DNA of 64,000 bases, taken from sequence record SRR20825019_1298; one strand, given 5' to 3'. The number at the start of each line of letters is the position of its first letter. Position 1 is the stretch's first letter. This document shows, piece after piece, positions 61,503 to 64,000 of this stretch. Made by a program: the position numbers and the translations under genes. The notes under the pieces were generated by a model. That model saw only the letters and a list, made by a program, of their open reading frames with translations, did no database searches and was not told the DNA's origin.

Positions 61503-63710
61503 CTAAAATGTGGCTTGGAAGGATATTTTCACATTACGCCCCGGAAGCGGCACGAGGTCCTTCAGGAAGCTCGTATGCTGGCGTGCGTCGACGTTGCCCA
61601 GGTTGCTGCCCCTTACCTCAAACGACAAGTTCTTGTTGTCGAAAGGCCGAACCGTCAGGTAGGCGTTCCAAAGCATATAGTCCTCTGTTGGTAACTCATT
61701 TGCTGTGACTCGTTTTTGCTTGGCTGAATATTCCAGCTCGGTACGCAGATCAAAAAGCTCTGCTCGCGCCTCAACCCCAAACAAAGCCGACATTGGCGGA
61801 ATACGCGGCAAGTTATCATTGCCCGCAATATTCTTAAGTTCCGCACGAACCAGATCGGCTTGAGCATCCAGATGCAAGTCTATTTCGCCGAACGCAGATG
61901 TCTTGTACGTACCCGCATGCAACTCAGCTTTGGCTTCGAAACCATAAAGAGCCACATCGCTGACCCTGAAGGCAAACACGGGCAGCTCATCTTCTTCATC
62001 GCCCGTAGCCACCTCATAGATAAAGTCATCATACGAGGTGTAAAAGCCGTTCAGTACAAAGCTAAATGGACCTGTCGCATAGTTGAAGGTGGCCTCTAAC
62101 CCCAAGGCCGTTTCCAGGCCCAGAGTTGCATCGCCAAGCTCGTAGGCGCCCGTGGCAAGGTGGGGACCATTTGAAAACAGCTCTTCAGTTGAAGGCGCAC
62201 GCTCAGTCCTGAACAGTGACAGCCCGACAAAAGCAGCGTCAGAGATATCATATCCAGCGCCCGCCGACAGGCTGATGCCATCAAAGGATCGCCCATCCTG
62301 CTCTGATGTTACATCCTCGATAGTATATTTGGTGTGTTCATACCGTGCACCCGCCTCAAACTGCCACGCGCCCGCTGAGAAGTCTTTCACGCTATACAGG
62401 CCGTATTGTGTACTCACTGTCGGAGGAACAAACGCTTCTTCGCCAATCGCAGAAAAATCACGACGTTTGATTTGAATGCCTGTTGCCCCGTTCCAGCGTT
62501 CACCACCTTTCTCAATCAAATCCAAACGGCCTTCCCAACCTTCGTTGGAAAACACGGTACCAATTTCATCGCCTTCAAGCTCTGTGTGTTTATAATCGGC
62601 ATATCCAAATCGAATTTTCGCCTTCTTGAACCAGCCGAAGTCACCATTGAACTCTCCATGCAGGTCATAGCGGATCTGGTCAAGGTCGATGGTCACGGCC
62701 TCGTCGTCATGCTCGTCCTCGTGATCGTCGTGGTCTTCATCTTCGTCATGTTCTTCATCATGATGGTGTTCATGGCCACCGGGCACGCCGTAGGTGCTAT
62801 CCATCTTGCGAACATTGAAACCAAAAAAACCATTGTCGAAAATGAAGCTCAATCCCGCAGAGCCGCCCTTGCTCTCTGTTGCAGAATTTTCGGCAATACC
62901 GAAGACTTCCTCATCCTCGTGTTCTTCATGATCGTCATGGTCATCGTGTTCTTCATCTTCCTCGTGCTCATCGTGCTCTTCTTCCTCTAAAGCCCGAAAA
63001 GCCTCGGATTCTGCGAACCCAGGTATTTTGTAATCGTCGGTTTTGCGGTACATCGCATCACCGTGGAAAACGATATTTGCATCTCCAACACTGCCAATAT
63101 TCGCTGTAATGGCGCCCGTCACCTCATTGCCGTGGTTTACCGTGCTGTGCCCATAACGCACACCGCCATCTACACCGCCTTCCGGTACTGCAGTAGCGAT
63201 CCGGCCGTCAAACACGTTTACCACCCCGCCAGCGGCAGAGCTGCCATACATCAGCATGGCTGTGCCGCGAAGTATTTCGATCCGTTCCGCAAGCGCAGGT
63301 TCAACCGCTACAGCGTGGTCCGGGCTAGTTGACGAGGCATCTATTGATCCAATGCCTGCATCAAGCACCCGAATTCGGTCTCCACCCAGCCCCCTGATAA
63401 TTGGACGGCTGGCGCCGGGACCAAAAAAAGTTGACGACATACCGGGTTGGCGACGTAAAGTTTCGCCAATCGAACCGTCGAGCTGGCGAAGGATTTCCTC
63501 TTTGCGCATGACCGTCGCACCCAGGATCGTTTCTCCGAGCTTTCGCCCCTCAAACGCACCTGAAACTACGATCTCTTCAAGCTGTTCATCAAGTGGTGGC
63601 GCCAAAGCCAGCGTCCCTGTTGTCGGGACAGTGGCGAATGTCACCGCAACTGTTGCAAGCAGGCGTTTCTTGTTGTTGCGATATATTGATTTGATTATTT
63701 TACTGGACAT
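61503..63710 (-). CDS. TonB-dependent receptor, ZnuD-like, with His/Asp/Glu-rich loops
   Basis: FGPGASRPIIRGLGGDR, SPDHAV, YGVPGGH, DYKHTE, LFSNGPHLAT, ARQHTSFLKD, C-terminal Phe. Confidence 0.9.
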   Translation of the reverse strand: MSSKIIKSIYRNNKKRLLATVAVTFATVPTTGTLALAPPLDEQLEEIVVSGAFEGRKLGETILGATVMRKEEILRQLDGSIGETLRRQPGMSSTFFGPGASRPIIRGLGGDRIRVLDAGIGSIDASSTSPDHAVAVEPALAERIEILRGTAMLMYGSSAAGGVVNVFDGRIATAVPEGGVDGGVRYGHSTVNHGNEVTGAITANIGSVGDANIVFHGDAMYRKTDDYKIPGFAESEAFRALEEEEHDEHEEDEEHDDHDDHEEHEDEEVFGIAENSATESKGGSAGLSFIFDNGFFGFNVRKMDSTYGVPGGHEHHHDEEHDEDEDHDDHEDEHDDEAVTIDLDQIRYDLHGEFNGDFGWFKKAKIRFGYADYKHTELEGDEIGTVFSNEGWEGRLDLIEKGGERWNGATGIQIKRRDFSAIGEEAFVPPTVSTQYGLYSVKDFSAGAWQFEAGARYEHTKYTIEDVTSEQDGRSFDGISLSAGAGYDISDAAFVGLSLFRTERAPSTEELFSNGPHLATGAYELGDATLGLETALGLEATFNYATGPFSFVLNGFYTSYDDFIYEVATGDEEDELPVFAFRVSDVALYGFEAKAELHAGTYKTSAFGEIDLHLDAQADLVRAELKNIAGNDNLPRIPPMSALFGVEARAELFDLRTELEYSAKQKRVTANELPTEDYMLWNAYLTVRPFDNKNLSFEVRGSNLGNVDARQHTSFLKDLVPLPGRNVKISFQATF
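62700..62990 (-). repeat. Two low-complexity His/Asp/Glu codon tracts inside the ZnuD-like gene
   Basis: EEEHDEHEEDEEHDDHDDHEEHEDEE and HEHHHDEEHDEDEDHDDHEDEHDDE. Confidence 0.8.
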
Positions 63711-63788
63711 GGTTGTTTCCTGTAACCCTGATTTACGGTGTTGACAGTGAGTCCTCTCACTGGGCCAACAAAACTGAATTTTCGGTAT

Positions 63789-64000
63789 TTAAAGGGGGGT
63801 TACAAAGGATGGCGGCGCGCGGATCGCACCAATGCTGTCAAGAAATATGCGGCTTAGGCTACGAAGCGCTATTACCCATGTCACCTGCTCATTTTCTGGC
63901 AGGATCAGGTTTGTGCTTTGGGGCTTAAGCGTTGGGGTTTGATCAGAAAATTTGCACAATGCACAAACACGGTCATAAGGCGCGTCGACCTCATGATCTG
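63789..64000 (-). CDS. DUF2946/CruR-like upstream ORF with CxxC and RAPP motifs, 3' part (start is outside the window)
   Basis: Manual translation from 63998: DHEVDAPYDRVCALCKFSDQTPTLKPQSTNLILPENEQVTWVIALRSLSRIFLDSIGAIRAPPSFVTPL*. Not in the ORF track. Confidence 0.8.
   Translation of the reverse strand, partial: DHEVDAPYDRVCALCKFSDQTPTLKPQSTNLILPENEQVTWVIALRSLSRIFLDSIGAIRAPPSFVTPL

Noticed and set aside
62700-62990. Repetitive DNA as a CRISPR array or tandem-repeat element
   Set aside because: In-frame His/Asp/Glu codon runs of the ZnuD-like loops, with no repeat-spacer pattern.
63713-63928. 71-aa plus-strand ORF
   Set aside because: Antisense to the CxxC/RAPP ORF and the receptor leader, with no recognisable features.

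Overview
Core-chromosome window from an alphaproteobacterium. The recA-cckA-flhB synteny, alpha-type LexA boxes and many TonB-dependent receptors point to a marine, Kordiimonas/Sphingomonadales-like organism; the taxon is an inference. Left to right: 5' end of recA, cckA, a flagellar basal-body/export cluster (flhB fliR fliQ fliE flgC flgB | flhX-like fliO fliP), prfC, then about 50 kb dominated by peptide and amino-acid scavenging. That stretch holds peptidases, four TonB-dependent receptors, threonine dehydratase, liuB-C-D-ivd, bkdA1-A2-B-lpdV, leucine dehydrogenase, a Phe/Tyr operon, ald/aldR, two asparaginases and cysK, plus an RND pump. No rRNA, tRNA, CRISPR, transposase or prophage was seen. 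The best non-obvious signals are: (1) an unannotated CxxC/RAPP (CruR/DUF2946-like) upstream ORF whose post-RAPP codons can pair with the RBS of a His-rich ZnuD-like receptor, suggesting a metal-sensing ribosome-stalling switch; (2) an unannotated ~140-nt sRNA with promoter, anti-SD loop and terminator, whose loop matches the RBS of a nearby TonB receptor over 11 nt; (3) a homogentisate operon without hmgA that carries a VOC protein in its place; (4) a TetR operator that recurs upstream of the bkd operon; (5) a frameshifted NTF2-like gene.
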